Positions 44,692 to 54,746 of a DNA stretch of 64,000 nt are shown here, piece after piece. Position 1 is the stretch's first letter, and each line of letters begins with the position of its first letter. Source of the stretch: a virus; the IMG/VR virus record IMGVR_UViG_3300020403_000005, positions 1-64,000 of that record; one strand, written 5' to 3'. The position numbers and the translations under genes were made by a program. Under the pieces are notes generated by a model. That model was given only the letters and a program-made list of their open reading frames with translations, had not been told where the DNA came from and searched no databases.

Positions 44692-45885
44692 ATGCATGTA
44701 TTAGAAAGATTCGCGCTATCCTCTGGATTAAAGATAAAATCCCCTCAAATTTTTGAGCACTATTACCCTATACCAATAGGCGAATATGTAACCTTTACCA
44801 CAGAGACAACCTCAGAATCTAACTTTTATGACTACTGGCAAGATGTTATTGATTTGATACATCCAGAGCTACAAAAAAATAATATTAAAATTCTACAGCT
44901 TGGAAAAGAGTCTTCGCGCAGATTTAAGAATACGCTTTTTGCTGACAACGCTAAAATCGGACAGGAGGCATATATAATTAAAAATGGACTCCTTCACTTT
45001 GGCGCAGACTCTTACCATGTACACCTAGCAAACTCTTTGGGTAAAAAAATTGCATCAATATATTCTCACGTCTTAGCCTCCAATAGAGGTCCGTTTTGGA
45101 GAGATGAAGAGCTACAAATTGTAATAGAGCCAGAGAGAGAAGACGATGAAAAACCCTGCTACGGAATAGTGGAAAAGAATGACAAATCCATAAACACCAT
45201 AAAACCAGAAGTCATTGCAAAATCAATTTTAAATTTATTGGGAATCGATTTTAACTTAGTTTACTCCACAGAGCAGACGGGATATGAATATCATGAAGAT
45301 TTTGTAGACGTAGTACCAAATGAGCATTTAGAGAAATACGGAGACGTTAACGGGCTTCCTAAGCATATGAGAATCAGAATGGACTTAAATTTTGATGAAA
45401 GCTTTATGGAAGACTATTTACATCAATTAGGCTCGGCTACGATTATAACCAAGCGGCCAATAAACCCAAATATATTATTTAATTTTAAAGGCAAGATAAA
45501 TTCATTAATCTTTAATTATGATAAGTCTTATTCTGGCGACTTGAGCCAATTTATAGGTTTACTTAACGCGTGTGACATCAAACATGCGTTTATTTCATTC
45601 TTACCTGAAGAGGAATGCGATAAGTTCAAGTTTAAATACATGGATTTAACATTCTTGCAAAGACAAGAATTAAGAAGCAAGAAAGACGTTAAATGCGACT
45701 TAGACAGCTTATATTATAAATCATCCAAAAGAGTATTAAGCGGCGGTAAAATTTATCCCAGTGATTGGGCGTGGAAAAACCACAAACCCACAAATACAAC
45801 ACAGAAAGTACCATGCCCGATTGAGGACGATCCAGAGCTTTGGAAAGACTTGGATTATTTCGCTTTAGTTAAGAAAATTGGTTGA
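44692..45885 (+). CDS. GT9 (heptosyltransferase)-like protein
   Basis: YDYWQDVIDLI, ILQLG, AYIIKNGLLHFGADSYHVHLA, SINTIKPE. Confidence 0.6.
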   Translation: MHVLERFALSSGLKIKSPQIFEHYYPIPIGEYVTFTTETTSESNFYDYWQDVIDLIHPELQKNNIKILQLGKESSRRFKNTLFADNAKIGQEAYIIKNGLLHFGADSYHVHLANSLGKKIASIYSHVLASNRGPFWRDEELQIVIEPEREDDEKPCYGIVEKNDKSINTIKPEVIAKSILNLLGIDFNLVYSTEQTGYEYHEDFVDVVPNEHLEKYGDVNGLPKHMRIRMDLNFDESFMEDYLHQLGSATIITKRPINPNILFNFKGKINSLIFNYDKSYSGDLSQFIGLLNACDIKHAFISFLPEEECDKFKFKYMDLTFLQRQELRSKKDVKCDLDSLYYKSSKRVLSGGKIYPSDWAWKNHKPTNTTQKVPCPIEDDPELWKDLDYFALVKKIG

Positions 45886-45916
45886 CAAACAACCAAAATA
45901 ATGATATATTAAAACT

Positions 45917-46627
45917 ATGCCTAGAAGAAAAACTACTAAAAGAGTAGCCGTAGATAGAGATGATAGCGGCTTGATTACGCAACCTGAAATTAATTATGTA
46001 TTCAACGATGACGGAACCGTAGATTGGCGCAAAATGGTCAAAGAAGAGTTCCTAGTAGCAAACAAACAAAGAACACAAGAAACAGACGTAACAAAACTAG
46101 AAGACTATCAATTAATTATTTTACTTGGCGGAATTAAAGAGTTAGCTCAGATTCGCGGGTATACAAACGTCCGCTACGATGTGGTATCTCCATCCCCAGA
46201 TTATGTTGTTGCTACCTGCTCGATTGATTGGATTCCCAATTACGAAACAGAAGGTAGACCCGTAACCTTCTCAGCCATTGGAGACGCCTCTCCATCGAAC
46301 ACCCAGAGCTTTGCTAAGTTTTTCTTGGGGCCAATAGCCGAAAACAGAGCGTTTGTGAGATGCGTTCGTAATTTCTTGAAGATTAATATTGTAGCTAAAG
46401 AAGAGCTTGGCGACACAAAAATATTTGAAGAAGATCAATCGGCTGTTAAATCTACCGATCCTAAAGCCCTGCTTGAAAACGTCATGAAGGACAAGGGCGT
46501 AACATTCAAGCAAATTCAAACCAAGTTAGTTCAAGAAAAACTGTCTGGAGCCGAATCATTTGAATCGCTTTCAGATATTCCCAAAGCAAAAGTTTTTGAA
46601 CTTATACAAAGAATAAAAAATAAGTAA
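45917..46627 (+). CDS. Putative single-strand annealing protein (Rad52/Sak-like)
   Basis: GGIKELA, FSAIGDA, IAENRAFVRCVRNFLKI...EEL; TTGACA-N17-TATATT promoter 6 nt upstream. Confidence 0.55.
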   Translation: MPRRKTTKRVAVDRDDSGLITQPEINYVFNDDGTVDWRKMVKEEFLVANKQRTQETDVTKLEDYQLIILLGGIKELAQIRGYTNVRYDVVSPSPDYVVATCSIDWIPNYETEGRPVTFSAIGDASPSNTQSFAKFFLGPIAENRAFVRCVRNFLKINIVAKEELGDTKIFEEDQSAVKSTDPKALLENVMKDKGVTFKQIQTKLVQEKLSGAESFESLSDIPKAKVFELIQRIKNK

Positions 46628-46631
46628 CTTA

Positions 46632-49600
46632 TTAAAAGATAACAGGTCCAGCCGGTGGAAGGCCGCCGAAGCCGCCGAAGCCGCCGAAGCTGTTGAAGTC
46701 GAAATTGCCAAATGGGTTAAATGGGTCAATCGGCGGACAATTCCCTTTAGTAGCCGTTCTAGGCTCGGAAGCAGGAATTATAAAATCGCCAGTGGGCCTA
46801 GATACAGGCGGAGAAGGAGACAGGGTCGCGTAAGTTACAGTTGACCAACCATAGTTCTTTCTCCACTCCCAACTACCATCTGGTAGTCCTGTAATAATAT
46901 CGGGGGTACTATAAATATTAGTGCCATACGTGCTTTTATCTTCTGTTGCATATAAAGATTTATTTATATAATAAAATTGAGTAGGAGAAGACCAAGACAT
47001 GCTCGCTGCGGGCTGCATACATATATTGTCTGCGGCTGGATCAGGACAACCAAAACAGTTCTGAGATGAAGCGGCTTGAATATACACATTGGTTCCAATC
47101 AACGACCTGTTTCCTGTTCCCGAAAGCGGAGAACCAGTTAGCTTGTGACCCGTATAAATCGCGCAATCAGGGTCTCCTGTCGCCTCGACAGTTCCGCTAC
47201 AGCATCTTGTTCTTTCGTATTCCAGCATGTCATAAACGTAATCTCCAGTTCCATATTTAAGTGTCTTCTGATACCCATACCATTTATTAGGATTTGAATA
47301 ATAATCGAAAGATTCATTTGCTATGATTATGCCACTATTATAAGTACGAGAAAGATATTCGTTTTCTAAATTAGCCCAAAGCCCAGTTAACTTTCGAATA
47401 ACGGCGGGGTCTGTCATTTCTATTCCAGCGGACTCAAAGACTGATTTCAACTTAGCGCAAGAGGCTGGGTTTATACCAGTTCCTAAATTCAACATTGCTA
47501 AATGTGGATTTTCCTTTATAAAGTCTGAGCCAGTTGCGCCCATATGAGCATATGGCCTAAATCCATTAGCGTTGTTATATATTGGTTTAGTTGAAGTTCC
47601 TGCTGGGTCGTCCAACTCTAAAACGTAAAAGTCAGAAAAATATTGACTACCACTTCTGCCTGATATGTGATCTATCCAATTATCAAAGCATGGCTCTCTT
47701 GCTATCTGCCAACTATTATGCAAAAACATGTCGCCATAATAATACACGTTATTTTGAGGCAGCCCAGTTGGCCAATAGTCGTTTATCTCTTTGAGATTGA
47801 TGTCGGTATTGAATGATCGTGGCCGCATTTTGCTGCCAATGTTTTGCTCATCTCCATTGCCTTTCAACACAACGCCAGTAAACTGATAATAACCAGTTCC
47901 CGTACTTATCCATTGAGAGTCTACATAACTTTGATGAGTTCTTTTGTCCACCCTTACGTAGTCCTTGGGTGCGCTTGATGCATAAACAGTCTCGGTTGTA
48001 GTTTGCGTTTGACCCCACGCATTCGTAGTTTCCACCTCAATAGTACCAGACTTAACATAATCTGCCCTTGTATATTTTTTGATGCTTGGGTCAGTATTGC
48101 CACCCGTCCAAAATGAATAAAATATATTATCGGGGTTCATTTTGGTGAAGATGTCCTCAGACCTTAGTAATCTGAAGCTGCTGCCAAGATATTTTTTTAT
48201 GTAATTATCCCAGCTTTCATACATCGCGTGATTTGAAAACTGATACCCAGAATGCTTTAAATCTCCCACTAATTTAGTCTGTGATATATTAGGGCTAAGA
48301 TTAGCTACTTGCCTCTCGACACCTTTGTCATCTAAGGCGTACCAAGTTGCATTCGTCAGATCAGAGTCTCTAGTCCAAACCAACCCCTGAAAAGCCTGTG
48401 CCTGTGCACTTACTCTCTTTTTAAGGGGATTTCCTGTATAAGTTAATTGCGTGTGAGTGACTGTATCAACTTCATAACTTGTAAATATTCTATGAGACGT
48501 GCTTACGTTTAAGCCCGATTGCTGAGTTCCATATCTACCAAAATAATAACCATTGTTATCCCCTCTTCGCCCAGACCAAAAATCTGGATATATAGCTCCA
48601 GAAGCACCACTCCCTAAAAAAGCCGAACCACCACTGCAACAGCCTGAAATGTCAAATAAAATTGTACTAGTATTAGTTGGACTACTTGGATCAGTAGCCC
48701 CTCTACTTTTTACCCTGCCTATTTGCTCTAGTCTGAATTCATACCAATCTGGATCATCAAGCTCTGGGTAATGCTGGCCATCAAGCATGAATTTCCCAGA
48801 TGGATTTGGATGCATTCCGCTATAATAAACCCACGAACCATTATTGAATTGAGTTTGATTACTTTCTACTTGCCATCCGCCAGTATCTTCAAAGATTAAC
48901 TTAGCTCCCGTGGGTAAAAAATCCACCATTATATACTCAATCCCAGCTACAGACTTTTTATCCATCAATGGGTGAGCATTAGACAACATATGTTTGCCAT
49001 TATGTCCATCCCAATCATACGGCTCACGGCCTATTGTCCAAAAATTCTCCTGACCATCGCCAAGACGAGGTCTTAATGAATATATACTGTGCTCTTCCCA
49101 ATACCCACTGCCAGACATGGGCCAGAACAAATGTCCATATGGGGTTTCTAACATATCTCCAGATTTCAGATTCCAGTTATTTTCTATCGTCCACGCTCCG
49201 GTTTGAGTCCAATCTCTATAAAATTCTACTTCTAATTTTTTTCCAGCGGGGATTTTTAATATTTTTGTGTTTCTAGTGTAAAACCAATCTCCATTACCAT
49301 TGGTGGTTCCAGTGGTTCTTTCTTTGTACATGCATGAAATTTTGCCTCCCCCCGTGGGAACAAGGTCTACAATGTATTTATTCTGAGGGTTAGTAACCGT
49401 ACTGCCATCGATACCGCTCCAGTATTGACCTTCCTTTATTTTTACTATATCTGGCCCAAATAAACCTCCGGTTACATACTCGGTACGTCTTTCTTCAGAA
49501 ATGTTAGAAAATCTTGCATCGTGATTAAATACATATCCACTTTTATCAATATTTTTATTTATAGGAGCAGAAGAATGAGTTCCAGATTGGCTCCCTAAAA

Positions 49601-52600
49601 CGATCCATCCGGTTGGCTGAATGTCTACATAAGCTTCTCCTGCTGCGCCCCCAGATGGCACACCGTAAAATAGTTCGACACAGGAGGTAAATCCATAGGA
49701 TGTTTGGGTACAAAACCCAGTATTATTCATGTCTCTGGGGGTTTCAGGGCTTGGAATCTCTTGAAGCCCCGTAAAATCCTTCATAGTGTCCCAATTATTT
49801 ATCCAACCACCACCACCCCCCGCTGGATATCCAGGTTCTTCATAAGTAGTGCCATTATAGTAATCAGTGTACTCGTTCACATGCCACAATGGAGAACCAG
49901 AAAATAATTCACCAGTGCTACGACCAGCAAACCCAGCCCCCCAATCATACAGGTTAACAGCAGCCCCGTAGTCGAACAGCGGCATTGAGCTAGAACGACC
50001 ATCAAATAAAGTTCCAGCAAAGAATGTTGCTGCTTGTGCGCGGTAAATGTCAACGACCTGCCCGTAAGCGTTGGTGGTGCCCATGCCTGGGAAGGCTACA
50101 TTTAGTGGTATATTAGGGTTAGTTTCCGCTCGAAGGCCGCTTCCAGTTGGTATTCTATGCAAAATCCCAGTGCTCGAATTTGTGGTTTCTAACACCGAAT
50201 ATAAACTTGTAACTCCTATAGGGTTAACAGAATGTTTACCGAATCCGTATGCGGACCAATCAAAGTAGTTGGGGCTTTCCTGTATACTAGTGTTATTTCT
50301 ATGCCATTGACCGTCTCGGCTGTAGTACGCTATATGCCAATTACCTCTATTTAACCCTAGGTTTTCCCAGTATCCGTATTCTGGCATTTCCTCACTTGTG
50401 CCGCCTTCAGGCGACCCGCGCAAGTACCTTGCCGCGCTCGTACTATGAATATTTGGATAAACATTTTGAAATCTTACAGCGTGTGAACCCGCATCTCTAT
50501 AATAATTGTCACCGGCCCAATGCGGTATACCTCGCCTATCCGATCTATAATGAGTCATTGGCTTGTGAGTAAGCCCCATAATCGGATACGCCCAATGACT
50601 CAATTCGGAAACATATTGAGAATTTAACCACTCTTTAAGCAGTGGAGTTTTATTGTCATCAGCGACTTGCCCAAAAAAATAATCAGAGTCTTCAAGTAGC
50701 TCTTTTCTCACTACTCGGTCCCTGTCTAGCCACCCATAGCTGCCGTCTTTAATCTGCATTAGTTCACTATTATCTTGGCTTTCGATAAAATATTTACCCG
50801 CGAATGAAATCCCAGTTACATTGCCAGTGTGCAAGGGAAACTTTTGATTTATATCATCTAAAGAATGATAGTTGTAAATTTTTGTTCTATTTGGTGTTAC
50901 AACCGCTTCTCCCTCGGTTACCGAGCCTCCCCACTGATTTCCATCCCAATATATATCCACAGACATAGAAGGATACGATCCAGTTATACCGCAAAGATTA
51001 AAAGGTACACCGTAAGTTGCAAGCTGATAATCTGTATTTGAGTCAAAATAACCCATTCCAGAACCCACTCTCACTATTTTATCACCATCTGTAGCGAGCA
51101 AATACTTTCTGTCTGACGAGTTTTGGATTCTAGTTGCGTGGTAAGGTTTGTAATCTAAACTGGAAGCTGGATCAACAATTTCATATACTGGTATGGCAGA
51201 ACCAGTTGTACCCACGTACACGGCTTCTACACCTGATCCGCTTCCAGTTAAATTGTACCTTCCACTTGCTACGTCAAAAGAAATGTTGTTATTTACATCT
51301 TTGACTCTACCTATGTAAGCCGCGCCAAAGGTAACGTCTCCGCTCTTCCAGCCACTCCTAATAGAGGCTTGAGATCGATAATCATTCAAGAAGTTGGCCC
51401 CTTGTTCTTGCGTGGCGGCGGGTGCTCGATCATACGGCGAATTAGCTACCAACGCCCAAGATGCCGTACCCCTAGCCTGTGCTGCCACAGCCTCTTCCTT
51501 CTCCGCGTAGCTGTAGGGGTGCAGTTTTGCCAACTCCGCCAGAGAAGGAGGGAGGTCGAATGCAGACAAAAAACCGCTACTTTGCAAATATAAACCCGAT
51601 ATATCGATTACTGCACTTGCTCGCCCTGACCCCTGTAACGGCGAGTAGACGCCAGCCCTCCGTGGATCATCGTCGTCAAACACCAGCCAACTATTATAAT
51701 CATGTCTTTGCAAACCAGAATAACCAGTGATAAAATCCCCACACTTGTAGCCACCGCTGTAACCAAGCTCTAGCTGACCGTAAACTCTTTCCAAGTCTAG
51801 AGATGATAGATGCTCGATACCCTTGCAGTAATCTTCCACAATCGAAGCTTTAAAGACTTTATTATTGTAATGATGGTCTCCCTGCCTATATCTACCCATC
51901 ATTGGTAATTCTGGATCGGCCATGCAATTCACTTTACCCTGCCTGAAAAGACCCAAGTTCAAACCACCATGAAATATAAAACCTTCAGACATACACGAAG
52001 CAGAATCATAATAATTATCCGCTAAGTTGCTGATTCCATGCCAGCCCTTCATTCTTTTATCAAAAATTACATAATCATCATAACCAGAAAAATTAGCTGT
52101 TATGAAACGCCGAGTCTCCGCATTCAAATAATAGAAATCGCTTGCGGTAGTAACCCAACGAGAGCCGCCGCTAAACGGAATATACAATAAATCCGCATAG
52201 CCACTTCTGTTTGAAAAAGCGGAGGAAACGCTTCGACCCATGCCCCGAAAACCCCCCCTAGGTATAGGATGCTGCAAACACAAATCTTTTTTAATAAAAT
52301 TCTGATATTTTATAGGACTGTACTCACACCCCCAACCCTCTGTGTAATAAGTTCTAACTATTTCACTTCTACCGAAAAAAGAATTATCCGAAGTAAATCC
52401 AGCGTTATCCCACAAAGCCATCTTCGCAGCGAATGCGTCTTTTCCAGATTCATTTGATATTTCCCAAGTCCCTCTGGGATGATGGTTAGGGTCATTGTAT
52501 CTAAGATTTCCATCGGTTGGACCAGTTCCAGCATAGCCAATCTCGGCGTTTCTGCTTTGGCTACTATAACCGTAGCGAAGGGCGAATGCATCGGAATCTG

Positions 52601-53840
52601 GCATTGCGTATCCAGTTTTTAATACCTTGCTTATGTAAGGAACTTGATACGAAGCAACTCCGTTTGCAACTGTAATACCCGAAACAGGAAATGGTTCAAA
52701 AGTATTAGCGTTTGGCGTATTTGAACGTTTAAATGTGAAACTTTTATACGGTCGATTATTACGGTGAACGCCACTTGCATAACCAATCATCTCCCACTGA
52801 CTAAGGCTGAGATTAAAGGGTTGCTCGCTTTCCGAGCGACCAAGATAAGCCTCACCAGTTATAGTGTTCCAAGCCGCACCAGAAAGACCAAGACACTCTT
52901 TCGAAGCAAATTTAACGTATAATCCATCTTCAGACTGCCTTGTACTGCTTGTTACGCCTCCCAAAAACCACTGATTCCGCCAATCAAAGCTATCAATCCC
53001 GTTACGAACAGAAAAACCCATTTGATTAGCATTTATATTATAAGTAACATTACTTTTTTCTAATACGGCAAAGGTATAATCTAAATTGTATGCAGCAGGA
53101 AAATTTTCATTTCTGCAAGCGATTCCGCGCTGAGTGCTTGCTATAAACTTATTATCATTAGAGTCTGTTATTGCGAACATTCCCAACAACTGACTGTTTG
53201 AATTTACATAATCACAATTTTCAAGGAGGTGAGCGTTTCCAGCATTAATTTTGGGTAAAGGACTATAGTCAGCAGCATAAAAACTTTTAAAATCGGAATT
53301 TTCAAAATATGGAATATAAGAAGTTTCAGAATAAGTATATGTAGGATTACCTAAATAATCGTCCGGTCCAGTAAATGGTCCGCCAGTTGTCCATGTAAAA
53401 GGAGCCTTATACAAGGTCGTGCCAGAGCAGCCGCTTTCGCAACCATGCCACCCGCTCGCATGGTCCTGAGTGCCGTGTAAATTGCCCCAACCTGGCGATG
53501 CCTCAAGTGGGGTTATAAAATCTGGAGTGTAGTCGATTCCAGTTAAGGCTGCATCAGTCCAGCCTTCATAAAGTCCAAGATATACAGGACTACTGTACAA
53601 AAGCGTTCCGCATGCATTAGTATTAATTCTAAGTCCAGTTGCCCCATGCGGGTCATAACTTGCAACAGAATTTAAACCACTCCAACTATTATCCAGCACA
53701 TATCTTTGCTTGTTGCAAGAGCCGCAAGTCCAACAAGCATTAGAATACCAAGGAATCTGAGGACTATTACTGCCGGTTCTCCAAGCATTGTTTATAATCC
53801 TACAGTCGCACCCGTAACCTATGTGATAACTCTTTGGCAT
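46632..53840 (-). CDS. Very large (2402 aa) probable virion / tail-associated protein
   Basis: Gly/Ser/Thr/Tyr-rich with recurrent SG/TG dipeptides and Cys clusters; last gene of the structural block. Confidence 0.55.
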   Translation of the reverse strand: MPKSYHIGYGCDCRIINNAWRTGSNSPQIPWYSNACWTCGSCNKQRYVLDNSWSGLNSVASYDPHGATGLRINTNACGTLLYSSPVYLGLYEGWTDAALTGIDYTPDFITPLEASPGWGNLHGTQDHASGWHGCESGCSGTTLYKAPFTWTTGGPFTGPDDYLGNPTYTYSETSYIPYFENSDFKSFYAADYSPLPKINAGNAHLLENCDYVNSNSQLLGMFAITDSNDNKFIASTQRGIACRNENFPAAYNLDYTFAVLEKSNVTYNINANQMGFSVRNGIDSFDWRNQWFLGGVTSSTRQSEDGLYVKFASKECLGLSGAAWNTITGEAYLGRSESEQPFNLSLSQWEMIGYASGVHRNNRPYKSFTFKRSNTPNANTFEPFPVSGITVANGVASYQVPYISKVLKTGYAMPDSDAFALRYGYSSQSRNAEIGYAGTGPTDGNLRYNDPNHHPRGTWEISNESGKDAFAAKMALWDNAGFTSDNSFFGRSEIVRTYYTEGWGCEYSPIKYQNFIKKDLCLQHPIPRGGFRGMGRSVSSAFSNRSGYADLLYIPFSGGSRWVTTASDFYYLNAETRRFITANFSGYDDYVIFDKRMKGWHGISNLADNYYDSASCMSEGFIFHGGLNLGLFRQGKVNCMADPELPMMGRYRQGDHHYNNKVFKASIVEDYCKGIEHLSSLDLERVYGQLELGYSGGYKCGDFITGYSGLQRHDYNSWLVFDDDDPRRAGVYSPLQGSGRASAVIDISGLYLQSSGFLSAFDLPPSLAELAKLHPYSYAEKEEAVAAQARGTASWALVANSPYDRAPAATQEQGANFLNDYRSQASIRSGWKSGDVTFGAAYIGRVKDVNNNISFDVASGRYNLTGSGSGVEAVYVGTTGSAIPVYEIVDPASSLDYKPYHATRIQNSSDRKYLLATDGDKIVRVGSGMGYFDSNTDYQLATYGVPFNLCGITGSYPSMSVDIYWDGNQWGGSVTEGEAVVTPNRTKIYNYHSLDDINQKFPLHTGNVTGISFAGKYFIESQDNSELMQIKDGSYGWLDRDRVVRKELLEDSDYFFGQVADDNKTPLLKEWLNSQYVSELSHWAYPIMGLTHKPMTHYRSDRRGIPHWAGDNYYRDAGSHAVRFQNVYPNIHSTSAARYLRGSPEGGTSEEMPEYGYWENLGLNRGNWHIAYYSRDGQWHRNNTSIQESPNYFDWSAYGFGKHSVNPIGVTSLYSVLETTNSSTGILHRIPTGSGLRAETNPNIPLNVAFPGMGTTNAYGQVVDIYRAQAATFFAGTLFDGRSSSMPLFDYGAAVNLYDWGAGFAGRSTGELFSGSPLWHVNEYTDYYNGTTYEEPGYPAGGGGGWINNWDTMKDFTGLQEIPSPETPRDMNNTGFCTQTSYGFTSCVELFYGVPSGGAAGEAYVDIQPTGWIVLGSQSGTHSSAPINKNIDKSGYVFNHDARFSNISEERRTEYVTGGLFGPDIVKIKEGQYWSGIDGSTVTNPQNKYIVDLVPTGGGKISCMYKERTTGTTNGNGDWFYTRNTKILKIPAGKKLEVEFYRDWTQTGAWTIENNWNLKSGDMLETPYGHLFWPMSGSGYWEEHSIYSLRPRLGDGQENFWTIGREPYDWDGHNGKHMLSNAHPLMDKKSVAGIEYIMVDFLPTGAKLIFEDTGGWQVESNQTQFNNGSWVYYSGMHPNPSGKFMLDGQHYPELDDPDWYEFRLEQIGRVKSRGATDPSSPTNTSTILFDISGCCSGGSAFLGSGASGAIYPDFWSGRRGDNNGYYFGRYGTQQSGLNVSTSHRIFTSYEVDTVTHTQLTYTGNPLKKRVSAQAQAFQGLVWTRDSDLTNATWYALDDKGVERQVANLSPNISQTKLVGDLKHSGYQFSNHAMYESWDNYIKKYLGSSFRLLRSEDIFTKMNPDNIFYSFWTGGNTDPSIKKYTRADYVKSGTIEVETTNAWGQTQTTTETVYASSAPKDYVRVDKRTHQSYVDSQWISTGTGYYQFTGVVLKGNGDEQNIGSKMRPRSFNTDINLKEINDYWPTGLPQNNVYYYGDMFLHNSWQIAREPCFDNWIDHISGRSGSQYFSDFYVLELDDPAGTSTKPIYNNANGFRPYAHMGATGSDFIKENPHLAMLNLGTGINPASCAKLKSVFESAGIEMTDPAVIRKLTGLWANLENEYLSRTYNSGIIIANESFDYYSNPNKWYGYQKTLKYGTGDYVYDMLEYERTRCCSGTVEATGDPDCAIYTGHKLTGSPLSGTGNRSLIGTNVYIQAASSQNCFGCPDPAADNICMQPAASMSWSSPTQFYYINKSLYATEDKSTYGTNIYSTPDIITGLPDGSWEWRKNYGWSTVTYATLSPSPPVSRPTGDFIIPASEPRTATKGNCPPIDPFNPFGNFDFNSFGGFGGFGGLPPAGPVIF

Positions 53841-53855
53841 AAGTCTTTAAATGTG

Positions 53856-54746
53856 TTAGCAGCCAGACTTAAATAAAATTTTGCCGTCCACGTCTGCTCC
53901 CTCTATGCATAAATTAATACACTGTTCTTTGTATCCAGCGGGTACACCTCCGCCACCGCCGCCGCCACCTGAAGTAGTCCAGCTTTTTCCTGCCCTATTT
54001 TCATCTATTAAAAAATCCGCTAATTTTATGCATCCACTTCCCTGCAAGTCACCCCAAGACATTCCCTCGAAAGGATTGCAAGTCTCCTCGTCATGCCCAG
54101 AAAGCCTGATTCCGGTTGAGCTATTGGTTACATCGAGTCTATGAATCGCAGTTCTAATTGCGTGTCGATACAATCTAAAAGTATCAGACGTGGCATCTCC
54201 AACATAATAAGAATTCCCTATATTACCAAACTCATCAACAAATGTCGCTATGTCTGCGTTTGTGAATCCGTGCTGAAATCTAGTAAAAGTATCAGTATTC
54301 GCGTCCGAAACTATTCCAGTAATCGCGACTCCTGTTCCAGTGGGGCAACAAGAAAAATTCCAGTAATCTTTTGTTACGCTTGTGGATGTTTGCGTACTAT
54401 CTGATACTTTTTTTGTTATATATATCTCTTCCCCAGATTCATAAGAAGGGGTAATCCACTGCTGCGTTCCTGACCCTATTAAATCTTGCGATACAACGGG
54501 GGGGTCAGTTCTTGCTTTTGTTTCGCTACCCTTCCTAGACTGAGAGTTTAATCTAATATAATCTCCTCCGCCATAGTAATCCATAGTACGTAAACCTATG
54601 GGTTTAGACACGGCGACTTTTATGTTTGTTTTATTACCGCTAGAGTCAAATCCCAGTATAGTACATATTAGAAAATCGTCACATATCTCTACCACTCTAG
54701 CTTTTTGCGATTCTTGCTTTGATAAATCTATAGTTTCAAATGCCAT
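53856..54746 (-). CDS. Probable structural protein
   Basis: HGFTNAD...YYV..ATSDTFRLY repeat typical of phage tail proteins; poly-Gly linker. Confidence 0.5.
   Translation of the reverse strand: MAFETIDLSKQESQKARVVEICDDFLICTILGFDSSGNKTNIKVAVSKPIGLRTMDYYGGGDYIRLNSQSRKGSETKARTDPPVVSQDLIGSGTQQWITPSYESGEEIYITKKVSDSTQTSTSVTKDYWNFSCCPTGTGVAITGIVSDANTDTFTRFQHGFTNADIATFVDEFGNIGNSYYVGDATSDTFRLYRHAIRTAIHRLDVTNSSTGIRLSGHDEETCNPFEGMSWGDLQGSGCIKLADFLIDENRAGKSWTTSGGGGGGGGVPAGYKEQCINLCIEGADVDGKILFKSGC

Noticed and set aside
53945-53970. CCG/CCA trinucleotide run
   Set aside because: Simply encodes a poly-Gly linker
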